NCBI GenBank assembly: GCA_964016885.1
Contig: OZ024751.1
Location: 36,084,001-36,148,000, forward strand
DNA: 64,000 nt
Direction of reading: 5' to 3'
Source: Eledone cirrhosa
Taxonomy: Eukaryota
Part shown: in pieces, positions 14,750-29,451 of the stretch
Numbering within the stretch: the stretch's first letter is position 1
How the letters are laid out: each line of letters begins with the position of its first letter
Made by a program: the position numbers and the translations under genes
The notes under the pieces: generated by a model
The model's database searches: none
What the model saw: the letters and a program-made list of their open reading frames with translations, nothing else
What the model was told of the DNA's origin: nothing

Positions 14750-15265
14750 ATAACTCGAGTAATGCCACCGCTTGATCCTTAAGAATGAGCATCATGGACG
14801 TGATTTTTTAGTCCAGCCATGGACTTACCTGTGGCCAGCAATGCCGTGCACTGCAAAAATATGTAATATATCAAGCGATGACTGTGCTTGAAGCTTTTTT
14901 AAGTGAGCCAATCCCACTCTCTGAACATCAAATACATTTGCCCAAAAAGATAAACTGGTCTACATCATTGGGTGCATATGAAGTCATAGGTTTTATATCA
15001 GAATGACTTTCTCCAAGAGAGATATCTTAATGAAGACTAGGAGTATCTCGTTCCACAAAAGCAACAAAATCTTTATTGGATGGCCGTTGACTCTCCTGAG
15101 TTCTTCCGCCATTTGGCGGGTCTTGCTTTTCATCCCTCAATGTGTCCAAAATCACCCTCCTCACCAAACAAGCTTTGCGGTGTTGCCAGTTTAGTCGCCG
15201 ATGACCCGACCATACACAGGTTGTACTGGGTTACATATTACCAGCAGCACTAACGAATGACCTGA
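14750..15265 (-). mobile_element. Old RTE 5'-UTR-derived element, related to the full-length LINE
   Basis: Collinear shared blocks with the LINE 5' UTR: gcaatgcc(t)gtgc (~14838), ccaatcccactctctga (~14907), ggttttatatc (~14989). Possible match to the 3' motif at ~14755 (tcgagtaatgcca). Confidence 0.55.
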
Positions 15266-16416
15266 TATAGCACACATACATACTTTTTATTTCCTATTTC
15301 ATCTTTTATTTCTCATTCTATCTTTTGATGTAGGACTAATGTCCACATCATAAAGACTCTCTTCCTTCAGTCAATATCAAGCCTTGAACTTTTCTCCTAG
15401 TACTGTCTTGTTTGCTTCGCTTTTGTTTTACGTTTTTTAGTTTCTTTGGTCCGATCTGACGAGTTCCACGCCACTCGGTAAGGGAATAAAGTCTAGCAAC
15501 TTGTTAATAGATTCGATCGAACGATGTAAATTACACGGTATGAAATATTCTCTAATTTTTCATAAAGTTTCATAATATTTTTACATATGACGTGTCCATA
15601 TAGAAACACTGAAACACTTGTTAATAACGTATATAGTGGAGGGTTCCAGTAGCAAATACCAAAACCAATTTGTAGCTAATTTCAAGCAATTTTAATTAGT
15701 GGAAATTGATAATGTCTTTGGGAAAATTATAGACAACTCTTAATTATATATCTCGTCCCTACATTATCAATATAATGTTTTAAGGCTATATATATAAAAA
15801 CACACAAAAGAAGAACAAATAATAATGTTGTACATTTTATAATGTTTGTATCAATTTATGATCGTTCATAATTTTAACGAATGAATCCATTTTCTTCCAT
15901 TTTGTCCAATTTTGTTCCATTCTTCTACTCTCAAAACATTCCATTAGATTTATCTTTTTACTTTAATAGTTAATGCTTTTCATTGTAATAAGTGTTTTAT
16001 AATATAATTATTGTAATATTTGCTTTCACAGGTAATTAGTTTATTCAAGCTGACGCCATAAATGATAGCAGTTAGAAAGAAAAAGAAATGCAATACATTA
16101 ACTAGAATGCAATCCATTCAGAAGAAGAGTAAAAGATTTCATTCTTGAAAATAATTTTCCACAAGCAGATGTTTTTGCTATTGTTTAAATAAATCAAAGA
16201 AAAGGATAACATGTTGCCAAGTTACAATACATAGCTAAGGCATGTGTTTACATAATATCAGTTAAACACATACGTTTAACATTTTACTATCGCGGCCATT
16301 GACTAAAGTAATATCAAGCAACATCGTTGAATGTAATATAGAGAATACTAGTATACAACCGTTCTTTTGCCGTTGGAATAATGATCTTTCTTGGTTTTCT
16401 TATGAATCTTTAAGAA

Positions 16417-16502
<86 letters not shown>

Positions 16503-18150
16503 GGGGGGGGAGAGTTAAAGATGGATGAATTGAGAGACAGAAAGAGGGAAATATTGAGATATAGAGAAGAATATTTTGTTGTTTCTGGTATGAATGAAAG
16601 TGTTTTATATTTATTTCTATTATTCCCAACATCCTTTTGTGTCTTCCATTTGTGTTTCATGAATTATACATCATGTGTTAGAACATTTTTGACAGAGGGA
16701 AGCGTTTGTGAGGCCGGCAGACAAATCGGCTGAACAGTTATTGTAATAGACCTGAAGTAGTAAGTGCTTTGAGCTGCATAGTTCTGCTACGTATTGTATA
16801 TTAACTACGACGTCTCCATAAAGAAACAGTTTCGAAGAAGCACATATTGTTAAAATTTCGCAAGGTTTTATGTCACAACTATGTTTTCTACCTCAGTTAA
16901 ATTACATTAACATATTATGTAGTGAGAGAACGTATCAGCAATGGCGGCGTCTTAGGAATTGTAGTTGACAGGTAACCTACTGTTATTAACATTTGAAAGC
17001 AATCAAATGTTTATCACATCTGAAGATCTATTGAACAGAATGGTCTGTATATTTGAAGTTTATATTGGAAAACATATTGATCTTATAACTATTATCAGGA
17101 GTGATTGACTAAATTAGATTTCATTGTGCTTAGTTTAAGATGAAAGTTTACAAAAACAAAATATTGCAATAGGTTACTACTTAATCCATTTAGGCTTTCT
17201 TCTCCAATACACTCTTTATGTCATCTCTTTGTGGCAAGTCTTATCAGCGCCGTTCAATGTTAAAGGCCATAAATCGCTTAGACATTGTCTTTATGGCCGT
17301 CTACGCTGATGTGAAAATGGCTGCAGAATATATATTGATAAGGTAAAAATCAATAGTTCCAATCGAAGTGCACTGGTTTCCACTTGAAAGCTGGCATGTT
17401 GTCTTTGATATATTATAAATAAGACCTATGACATAAATCCCAAAACACTAACATTCTATTAATTGAGAGTTAACACAGCCACAAATAGAAAGTAGTACGA
17501 TAATTTACTAAACATTCTAAAATGGCTTCGAGAAAATTGTTAACTCGTGAATATGTACTTCAATTGGCTTGTCAAAAGAATTTATGAAACAACTAAAGAA
17601 AACAAAAAGAATGCAAACATCTTTACTACATGTTCTCATTGCAATGTTTTCTTTTTTCTTTTTTTCTTTTCTTCTGTGTGTTACAGCTCAAACGTTATGG
17701 CCATACTGGGGCACCATCACTGTTGCCATTCCTCCTTAGTTAGCTGTTGATGAATGAGAGAGTTTGGCATCGCTTCCATCATTTGTGTCTCTTATTTTGA
17801 TGTGTGTTTGTCAGGAATCTTAGATACCAGAATGTGGTGATGATTCTTCGAAAATATCTACCTCCACACTTTGTAGATCTCACATGTCTTTGGCAAGATT
17901 GTAAAGAGTTATTTGCCCTTGAACCACTTCTTCTCATCTTAAGTCATCCTGCGATGGAAGCTGACACATTTTGCTCTGTCTAATGGCTAGAATATACAGG
18001 GCCCAGCACAATTGTATTTTCATAGATTTCTCCGATAACTGGAGCAGTTTTGCCAACCCATTGTCGAATTAATAGTCGATTAAAGTTTAATCATCCGAAA
18101 GTACAAATCAGAATATCTCCACCCATTTAATCTTTCCAAATATATTGATA

Positions 18151-18325
18151 GTTTCGGTAGAGCGTCAGACACCATGTTTTGCAGCACAGAGATATGGCCC
18201 TTTACGTTCTGAGTTCAAATCACGCCGAGGTTATCTTTGCCTTTCATCTTTACGGGGTCAATAAAATAAAACACCAGTAATATACTGGGGTAATTGCTGG
18301 CCTTGTGCCAAAAGTAGAAGCAAAT
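18151..18325 (+). mobile_element. SINE family 1
   Basis: Matches the family consensus over ~175 bp. Confidence 0.9.
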
Positions 18326-21069
18326 ATTTTACAAATATTTGCAACGATTAAGTCTACATATTAAAACAGTTTTATTTTCTTTAAAATATATATATTTACC
18401 TGCTTAAAGTTTCTTTAATCTAAAAGCTGTGGCAACCTTTTAGCCGGTAGAGTATTGGACGCAGCAATTATACCAACATGTCCACACACGAAATCTTGAT
18501 ATATTGGGAGGAATATGATTAAGAGGTATTTTAAATGAGAGGAATATCCAGTCAACTAACTGGAATTGGTATCTAAGTAATCAATGCAAGACTATGAAAA
18601 CCAATTTGCCATTCCATGAATATAAATTCATTAGAATGACAATATTCTTCAAACCTATAGTACTGGGCAAAAGAAATTGTCTAAACTTTGTGCAATTGTA
18701 AAGCGTTTTCAAGTGGTTAATGCAAACAATGGCTATTGTTAGTGCGAAGGTTTTAAGATTCATTGAGGAAAGTGATTAATAATTTCCCCTGATAATGATT
18801 TTGGAAGTCATCTGGTATATTGCAACATGTGGGTGTGTATGTGTGTATATGTGTGTGTGCGTATTTTTGTGTGAGTCTGTGTGCATTTTGTGTGGTTGGT
18901 TCTTTACTTTAATGGAGTGTAAAGGGTACAGATATATTCACAAAGAGTAGATCGGGTTTAGAATTCTTGGTTATTTTTCTCTAAACCAAGACTGAGTATT
19001 TGAGAGAACGATAGCGGCTTGAAAATAAATTTCATCCGTTGAACCTAACATTGCCGCACATCTGTTATTATCATAATATATAGTATATCTAGTTTCAAGA
19101 GAGATAGGCAGAGTATTACTAACAACAGATTAAATTAGGAATATTATAACAACTGGTCATATAAAAACAGACGCAGTATATGGGAAAATAGAGCGAGTGT
19201 GAGGATCCTTTACATTCGTATATTGTTATTGAGTTTGGTTTACACATCATGTTATATATATATATGTATATATATGTAATTGGTGTGGGATGCGGTAGGC
19301 CATTTGATTTCCAAACTCTGCTTCGAATGATCGAGACGTATTTGAGGATCTTGCGATTTCAGAGTCAGATTCGATCATTGTATCGATCGTGCCTCCAGAT
19401 GGTCGCCAGAGAAACGATTGTAATATGTCTAATACATTTTAATTCGTTGCACCACTTATTCTCCGTTTCTTATGTGATATATATATATAAGAAATATTTT
19501 ATTAAGGTTTTGATGATATTTTTAATAAAAAAACATAAAACATAATTTATTAGCAGTTTTTTTAATACAGTAACTGAACTGACAATATCTTTGCCATAAA
19601 AATGGTAGACATATTCCGTATAAAATATCTCATTGTAATTAAACATGAAGGGCCAAACAATTTTATCATTTATTTTTGCGGGGTGGAGAACAGAACAGTA
19701 AAATGAAGTCTATTGTAAAGTAACCTTTTTTTTTCTCAGTGAATTTTGTGTTTGCTGTTTAGAAATTGCCTTCTTTAGTGTCGTTAATTATGTTAAATTC
19801 GGAACCGTTTTCCTTATCCCTTCGGTGCTATAATATTTACAGAATACATTTAATGAAGGTTCCTTCTGAAACTTTATACACGCAAAATAGAAAATGTTTA
19901 GAAAATTACAACTTTTGGGGATAATAAAATGAAATTATCTCTTCGTGTACTTGCTTATTATTAATTTAATTTATTTATTTACATTTTATAATAATTACTT
20001 TTTTTTTCAGATGTTAATCTCTGGAGAAGATATAAAAAATGTTTGGTGTCGATGTACAAACGTACAGCTAAATGGAAACGGATTATAATGTGGCTTTTTG
20101 GCAAGCTGGACAATTTAGGGAGGAATCATGAGGGATAGCTAAATACAATAATTATTTGTAACTACCGTTACAATGTGATTACCGATTGGTTTTTAAAAGC
20201 GACCGTCTGATGTTCTTTATTGTAACGTTAAACAAATAGTATAATAGAGTGCATTTTTAAAGCAATTGCCAACGGATTTGGTAATTATCTTAATATTTAA
20301 TGCATTTTAAATTTAATAGTAAATCAGCTTTCATTTCATTTATTTAATGTCGCCCAGATTATTTTGGCGGAAAATATAATGAAATTGTTATTTAGAAAGA
20401 GTATTAAATTTATTCTTTCATTATTGAAATGAAAGTTGTGTTGTAGTATAAACATTAGAGATGTGTATTTGTGACAAACATCGTAGAATATAGCAAGTAT
20501 ATTATATCTACTGCAGGACCGAGTCTGGTCACCCTACTTCATACTGTGTCACTTTATGGTTGGGTCTTGTCTTGTTTCTTATGTCTGCTGGGTGAGTTAG
20601 ACGGGTAGTCTACATCTATGAAATAATACTCTAAATTTGTTTCATTTACGCTAATGAAAAATTAAATAATACAGACTATGATCATCCTACTATCTTATCT
20701 TGACGATCTTATATCCTGATATCGTAAATAACGTGAAAGTTATTTCATGTTCAATAGAGACGTTGTTAAGTATATATTACTCTCTACTGACCGAGGTGTA
20801 TTCAGTAAAAACACACTGAGGGATAACGTAAATATTGTATATTAAAATCAACTGTCAACCAAAGAAGTACATCAAATCATTTTATTAATGTCTACACACG
20901 TTTCAACTACAATATTAGAATATAATACTAAAGCATCGTCAGGACATTAATTCAAGATTTGGATGATGGGAGTCCCAAAGAAATGCAAAAATTATAGTCA
21001 ATACAGTAGAGAAATTGCTAGTCTTTAAAAATGTTTTACACCTACACACACACACACACATACACACAG

Positions 21070-21101
<32 letters not shown>

Positions 21102-21102
<1 letters not shown>

Positions 21103-21294
21103 ACAAAGAAAGTGTGGTAAGGTGGACCATAACGTACCTGAGTACTCGTTATTTTCGGTAGTAGTGTGGGTAATAGGAAAAGTTTCAGGACCCCGACGGC
21201 AGAGCTCGAGCCGTTTCGACGGCTATTTCTGGACTCAGAAATAGCCGTCGAAACGGCGTGAGCTCTGCCGTCGGGGTCCTGAACCTTTTCCTAT
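21102..21294 (-). mobile_element. Fold-back family F1, copy D
   Basis: Tail plus ~120-bp palindrome ataggaaaagtttcaggacccc...ggggtcctgaaccttttcctat; TA flanks. Confidence 0.85.
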
Positions 21295-21686
21295 ATATAT
21301 AGGTGTGTGTCTGTGTGTGTGATGTATGTCGGTATTTCCCAAATGGATTGTGCGCGTGATGTATTAGAAAGTATGTCAGTTCAAATAACGATATATTTAG
21401 CAGCCTTATGCATAGCTCGATTCCGATAGGATGCGACGCAATCAGCTATAATGAATTATTACTAAGTCTAGCAGAGGAGTTGATTGAGTTCAGTAATCTT
21501 GATTAAACTTCGGGAGACAAATATACGAAGTGAATCGGACAGTAAATGAATATCGGGTTTAATTGATAAACAAAGAGGAGATGGAATACACTCATTCATA
21601 CCGTGTTATCTCTACAACTGATAAAGAACGACGTGTTCCCCTCGGAACATTGAAACGGAAAACGGTTAGTCACACAATAATTGGCG

Positions 21687-21724
<38 letters not shown>

Positions 21725-22243
21725 TGAGAGAGAGAGATACACTTACATGCGCATGATTATATATATATAAATATATATATACACACACACGTGTGTGTGT
21801 GTATGTGTGTGTCTATAATCCTTTTTTTTATAATGGGTTAACCTATTTTGTATGGTATGTCTACAATAGATTATTTGTGTTATTTTTACTTGATAAAAAT
21901 ATGTAAAAAAATACTAATGGGAAGAATGGATTCTCCCGTTGATTTTGATGCAAGAGTATCTTATTTTCCTGGAACCATGAATAGGCTGGAATTGCCGAGG
22001 TGATATTGTATCTGTTAGGCTACCAACAGGGAAAGTATGTTTTCAATTGTGAAGGAATGTGTCTATGACCAGTCACACATTTCTACAACCGCAACATAAA
22101 TCCACAACATAAATCAGGCTTTTTTTTATAGGAGTTTTCCATAGACTCGGTGAGTTGCCCTGTCATCACGGCACAGAATCCAATAGAGCCATGTAGGAAA
22201 AGCACGAAACCAGAAATTTCTAATCACACAGACACACACACAA

Positions 22244-22303
<60 letters not shown>

Positions 22304-22305
<2 letters not shown>

Positions 22306-22412
22306 CGAAGGAAGTGTAGTAAGCAACCAGATGGACCATAACGCACCAGAGTACTCGATACTTAGGGTAGTAGAGTGGGTATTAGGAAAAGAGTCAGGAC
22401 CCCGACTCTTTT

Positions 22413-22417
<5 letters not shown>
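22304..22417 (-). mobile_element. Fold-back family F1, copy E (short arm)
   Basis: Tail plus taggaaaagagtc-aggacccc-gactcttttccta, inside (TA)n. Confidence 0.85.
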
Positions 22418-22456
<39 letters not shown>

Positions 22457-23242
22457 ACGAACCTATGTCGGTTCCTTCGAAGAGTTCTCCGCATGTTCGT
22501 GTGGCAAACCATTCAACAGATATGTGTACATTTGAAAAATGAACATAATTTGGTCATTTCTATGAACTTTTCAGCCGAACTCCGTATTTCTAGACTAGGA
22601 GAAATGTTATTGGAGTCACATAACTAAAAATGGATACCAGCGGCTATTGTGGAAATTTTCTACGTGCTGTCTAGGCTGTAGGGTGTTGTGTACTTTAGTT
22701 CATCAAAGTATATTGCCAACTTCATTGCTAACTCTATTTCTAAATCTATTTCCAATATTATGTCTATTTGGTTTACATTGCAATAGGTTAGAGCTAACAG
22801 AATGATAAAGTCAAATTATATAAGCCAAATGATTAACTCGCTGTCAGTGAAGCCCCGTTAAACAACAGATTTATCAACAGATTTAAATATACCAAACACA
22901 TAACTCATTCTGTAATCTTCCATGAAGCCATTTTGTAATAATTATACAGACTGCAGCAATTGATGCAGGGCAGCATCGAACAAATATTGTACAAACATCA
23001 CCTGACATAAATCTCTGACCGTTACAACAGACGAGCCACTATATTTATTTATATTAGAAATTAGTGTGAATGTTAATTAAGTGCCTCATCACAATAGATT
23101 TATTTTAAGCGAAACGAACTACTACGAACTACTATGTTCGTGTTTTAATGCCACCGGCCATATTTATTATATTACTATATTGACTGCTGTATCATAGATA
23201 ATAGTTTAGGCATTAATAATCCACAATTCATTCTTTATTTAG

Positions 23243-23294
<52 letters not shown>

Positions 23295-23347
23295 ATATAT
23301 ATTGTTATAGTTGGGGAGGGTCATATTGTTTTAATAATATTGTCAGA

Positions 23348-23443
23348 AATAATTGTTTCTACTTTAGGCACAAGGCCAGCAATTACCCAGTGCATTACTG
23401 GTACTTTATTTTATCGACCCCGTAAGGATGAAAGGCAAAGTCA
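23348..23443 (-). mobile_element. SINE family 1, 3' half
   Basis: Reverse complement of centre and tail. Confidence 0.9.
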
Positions 23444-24098
23444 AAACAGAACATACTCATTGTTTGGTTGGTTTTAGCTTCTGTATCTTTTATATCTCCA
23501 TAGTTAATTTATTTGGCAATCAACGTTTATCATTGATTGACCAACGGTTAAAGATACAGATATAAATATATATATATAGTCTATCAAAGTTCTTTCGTTG
23601 CACATGTGCAACATCATTAGTGGTACTATTAGATTTCCTCCTGTTGTATTTATGTCTACGCCATTTTTTACTTTATTTATTTATTTATATATATATATAT
23701 ATATGCAAATGTATATATATATATATGAGTCACGGTTTCAACCAGGGTTAACCACAGTTAGTAAAGAACTCAATACATTAGTAGACTGTAAACATCAAAT
23801 TTAAATAGAAAACATAAATACATCAGCTTTATAAGGATTTTTTGAATGAAACATTTCGAATCCTGTAGAAGCCATTTCTATATTAAATTTTATATATATA
23901 TATAGCAGAACAAAATATAGACGGATAGAAAAATAGATAGATAAATGTATTTGAGCGTGTTTGTGTAAGGAATTCCGGACAGTTGTATGGATGTATTATT
24001 TCCAACAAATTGATCTGTTCACGTAGGAATTTGGACGGTAGCCTACATAATGTTGTGTAATTACTTTGTTCTAATGCGTTCAAACACACTCAAACATC

Positions 24099-24129
<31 letters not shown>

Positions 24130-24386
24130 ATGTGTTCGTGTGCGTGTTTGCATGTGCGAATGCGCGTATATACATATATACATACATGTGTTCTGGTGTG
24201 TTTGTATGTGCGAGTGTGCGTATACGAGTATATACATATATATGTAAACAATTTTTCATGATGTTTAAGGTAATTTATTTTACACACGTTACATATAAAT
24301 GCTAAATCAACCAATCCAATCACGTTCATTCAGAGTATATACACTATCACATCATGTATATATATATATGTGTGTGTGTATGTATG

Positions 24387-24418
<32 letters not shown>

Positions 24419-25349
24419 CATACACACATATGTATATAAATATGTGTGTGTATGTGTTTTACATATATGTATGTATCTCTCTCATGTATATATATATATA
24501 TACATATATGTATATATACATATATGCAACGGCAGCATTAAAGAGAGTGTATATGCACCAATATTTGTTCTGTTACCTCCGCGATAATTTACTAAACCTT
24601 TGGCAATATTCCAATCTACTACACGTTTTTGCAATTAGGTGTGAAGGAATGGAGCTGTAAATATAGACAAATGTGGATTTATACGTTGTCTTCTCTCCCA
24701 AATATGTAATTACGTCTACTTTTAGGAAATCTGCGTTCTTAATTTACTTTATTGATTATGTAAATAGGTTGAGCTTTTCGAAAAAAAGAAAAAAACATTC
24801 TCTATTTTTTTTTCTCTAACGTACTTCCTTTTCTTAGAGGCATAGTTGTGTAAGGAAGCACCATGGATATAATCTACTCCGGTCGCATTATCTGCTATCA
24901 AATTCTGACGAGAAATTATTCCGTCTTCTTACAGTTGAACAGAAAATATCCGTAATTTGTGAAGTCTGTACTTCTGGGTGACTACCAGATATATTCTATC
25001 CAGTTAATATGTCGAGTTTGAACTATATGAATTAAAGGAATATAAAATATCAGTGATAAGATGTTATTTTAGTTATCAGGGATAAGGTGGTATTTTACTT
25101 GCATTCAAACATATAAGAACGGATTGGACAGATAGAGCTCTTTAAAACGTCTACTGTAAGCAGTGGAGAATTAAGTATATTATACTTTATTATGTTTATG
25201 TAGCGGAACAGTTAGTGCGATCGGCCTCTCATCCAGGGGGCGTGAGTTCCATTTTATATTTTCGATATTATTTTTAATTTTGGTGGCGAATTGACAGAGT
25301 AGTTACGACGCCAGGAAGAAAGTTGTGCATTATTTTTCTAGGTCTAGGT

Positions 25350-25567
25350 GCGATGGATTAGCAGCATCGGTAGAGCGTCGTATATTATGCTTTGCGACAT
25401 AGTGTTACGCTTTTTTACGTTCTGAGTTCAAATCCTACCGAGGTTAGCTTTACCTTTCATCCTTACGGATCGATAAAATAAAGTACTATTAACGCACTGG
25501 GGTCGATATAATCGACTTTCCCTTTGCCACAACCGGCGGCCTTTCGCATAAATTAGAAACCATTATT
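25350..25567 (+). mobile_element. SINE family 1 (long variant) nested in an older SINE (~25281-25627)
   Basis: Full copy with an extra ggggtcgatataatcgact block. Flanked by aggtcta direct repeats and by the head and B box of an older copy. Confidence 0.8.
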
Positions 25568-26639
25568 TACACCAGGTCTATGCGTCCTGAGTTCAAGTGC
25601 CGACAAAGCCTTCGAAGTAGATAAAAAGTATCTTCCTTTATATCACTTTCTCTCTTCCTCCCTATCACAATATCTCGTTCTTCGGATGAAATTGTCAGGG
25701 TTTAGTACTGAGGAGCGAGTGAGCTCCACTAGGCTTTTAAATCCCCCAGAAACACCGTATGTTATTATAGCACCCCTACGTACCTAACAGGATTTAAGGT
25801 TCTACGGATAGATTGTAAAACATAACTTTGATCCAATTTTGATTCAAGGACGTAAATGAGTTAAAGGCAACAATATTTTGTAAATCATTTATTCCCTCTT
25901 TTCTAAATATTTCTTCCAATATATTTTATTTATGTTACATCCAATATATAATTATCTTTCCTTAGTTTGCTACATGACTCGAATTAATATTATTTAATTC
26001 ACATAATTTAATAAAGAGAATTTATATTTATTCAGTAGATTATTCCAACAATCATAGCATACACACTAATGTAATATATAAAATGGACACATATTCACAT
26101 TATATGTAAACTAGAACTATACTCACATAATATGCAAATTAGTCTACATAAACTAATATATAACACTAAATAGGCATTCATTATATGTTTCTATCCACAA
26201 AATACATATTCATATACAAACATCTATTTATATTATATGCATCACACACACACAAAGAAACACGTGAAATAATATTTAAGCAACTCTGTATATATTTGTT
26301 GAATAAATAACTCTAATCAGAAAATTGTTCGGAATGCAATTTTATTGTAATAATGAAATTTCAAATTAAATATATGCACTTTTAAATATTTCTCAAAATA
26401 TATAAACATCATTTATAAACTATTGGTAAATCCAGGATTTACAGATATATGAAAGGGGTTCGAATCATAGTGGGTAGATTTTGTATCTCCTATCAATACC
26501 GTCAATTTCTGATCATATTCAATAAAGTATATATACATCTATGATCTCGGTTTACAGCTGATGAAGGATTTCTTCTCTTGTTTCATCCATACTACCATCT
26601 TCAACTTTGTTTACAGTAACCACACAGCTCATTTCGTTT

Positions 26640-26711
<72 letters not shown>

Positions 26712-27541
26712 AATGTTTATATAATGTACAGATAAGCATATGAATGTATTCCTCTCCCAGGACCCGGCCTCATCTTTACAACAACCAGAAACGCTGCTAA
26801 TGTTTAACTACAATAGCTGTGATTCTCAGTAATACTTTGTGAAAACAGACTGCTGAGAACGGGCTAAGCATGGGTAAGATATAAGATTCCTCTAGATTTG
26901 TATATATGTGTTGCCCGCCTGTATATAACACTTCTGTTCTCAGGGTATATTTTGTCAACAAAACAAAATGAATTACTCGCTCACAAGAGAAATTACGCCC
27001 TTAAATTTCTTTTATTCAGCACTAATTTCCGATTAAACCGATGTATAGACATGAACGAAGGGCTTTGAGCAATAATTAATACTGTTGTGTTTGTCTTGTG
27101 AAAATATGGATTGGATTAATGCAGCTGTTGCCGGCAGATATGTAAGATGCACGAGTCTTTAATTATTTAATTCCCCTAGAATTGCAATCGCGGTTATTTA
27201 AAGCTAAAGTTTCTTTTACAAGAGAGAAAGTGCAATATGTTAGAGGCGTAATACGTCATACACAAAGAAATCAAGAACATTCGAATTAGTTGCTGTAGTA
27301 GCTTCTATTGTTATTGCTAATTGTGTACAACACTTCCGTATTTGTTTGTATGTATGTACGTGTGTATACATATGTGTATGTATGTGTGTGCGTATGTATA
27401 CATGCATATATGTATGTATAAACCACACTCATATACCTACAATCACACACGTACACACACATGCACACACATACATATATATATATATGTATAAATCACC
27501 CTCATAGACCTACAATCACAGATACACACACACACACAGAC

Positions 27542-27577
<36 letters not shown>

Positions 27578-28392
27578 GTATGTGTGTGTGTATCTATGTA
27601 TGTACATATGCACGCCTGTGTGTTTGTGTTTGTGTGTATGTATGTACATATGCACGCCTGTGTGTGTGTGTGGTCTTCCAGCTTTTATATTATGTTTCTA
27701 CATACTTTAATCTGTATGTGACAAAAAATAGATAAATAAACATAATGAAATCAAAACAAACAGAAAACAACCGTACACAGCTGATTATTTCGAACATATT
27801 TTTTCTATTCATTTTAATATATAATAGGGAAGAGAGAGCTTCCTTCTGCATTATGAATTATGGTTCCTTAAATGAAGTTTTTGTTTTGTTTCCAGGGCAT
27901 TAGTTCAGTTTAAATGTTTTCCTTATATTTCATTTTCTCATCAATTTCTTTAGGAATGGCTAGGATTTCTCAGGAAGAATAAATTGGAATTTGATGGCAT
28001 CGAAGACAAATATTCAAATATCGTGAATTGGATGACAGCCTATTACTGAGATATTTTTTTTTGCCTTTGCTTCATTTAGATGTGTTAAATCTGGCCGATA
28101 ATTTTTAAATGTTTGTAAATGGCTTTACTATTTGAACATTTAAGAATGTTCGTATGTAACTGTATACTTAGTCTGATAGGTTAATTAAGAGTAGCTAAAA
28201 CGTACAGAAGTAGCTATCGCACCGTCAAAACCTCTCCAATATATATAGAAGTTCCACATACACCAAATTACACAGTAACATATTTAGAGGAAACATTTTA
28301 GATATTAAAACAACAGAAATCGACGATATTATCATTTCTGGAACGTCTTTCATAATAGGTTCTATAATTAAGAACTAATTTGGGATTAAAGA

Positions 28393-28790
28393 ACAGCAAC
28401 AACAACATCAACAGCAGTAACAATCAAACCAACAAGGACAACATCAACAACAACACCACAAACAACGACAACACTAGCAACAGTATCAACCACACCACCA
28501 ACAACAACAACATCAACAGCAGTAACAACAACCATACCGACACCAACGACAACATCAACAGCAGTAACAACAACCACACCACCACCACCACCACCAAACA
28601 ACAGCAATAGCAGTAACAACAACCATACCACCTCCAACAACAACAACAATAGTAACAACAACCACACCACCACCACCAACGACAACATCAACAACAGTAA
28701 CAACAACCACACCACCACCAACAACAACAACAGTAGTAACAGCAACCACACCACCACCACCGCCATCACCAACAATAATAACACTAACAG
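28393..28790. repeat. (AAC)/(ACC) compound trinucleotide repeat with higher-order units
   Basis: Recurring aacatcaacagcagtaacaacaacca units. Confidence 0.9.
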
Positions 28791-29451
28791 CACACGTAGC
28801 AACTGTTGTAGTTACAACAAATAGAAGGTTAAAGACAAACCAATGAAACATCTTAAATGAGATGAATCTAATGGTTACGTTCGTTAAACTAAGCTTCTTT
28901 TAAGTTCCCCAAAATATAAGGTTTTCACATTAGCTATTAAACTAGTTTTCCTGTATCTATAGAAGTGTGTTTATAGTTATTATATGCTGAATTTCTGAAT
29001 TTCCGGGATGTTTTACATATGTTTACAGTGCCATTAATGGAATGTACTTGCATCTTCATAACTAGCTGTTTCTTCAACTCCCGGACGCTCACCGACAGGT
29101 TTGGAGTTGTACCCTTGGCAGTGGAGAATTCTGCTGTCCTCGGCCCTGGGGCTACCTCCCTACTCACCACCATAGGTGCTGAACTGGCCAGCCGCAGGTG
29201 TGAGCCTCGCTAGCTGGAACGGCTTTTCCAGCGCGTCTTCCTTGCCGTCCCACGGGGGAAACGCCTTCTCCATTCTGTCCGCCGGGGCTGTGGGGAGGCC
29301 ACCGATATGATTGACTGACTTGTCATTTTACCAGTCAGATACTCACTCATCCACTCTTCTACTCTGCCCGATTTCTTCCTCTATCACTAGCTGTCCTCCT
29401 TCTGGTTCTGTGAGGCCCATCATGTCAAGATTTGTACTGAGGAATTTAGTA

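Noticed and set aside
18674-18757. Faint resemblance to a hAT transposase dimerisation motif (KLSKLCAIVKRFQVVNANN..CEGF)
   Set aside because: Too short and interrupted to support without a profile search.
21615-21672. CTGATAA..tgttcc/ggaaca..GAAA hammerhead-like motif (similar weak cases at ~30790-30860 and ~47180-47232)
   Set aside because: Core substitutions and no stem I; could be decayed copies or chance.
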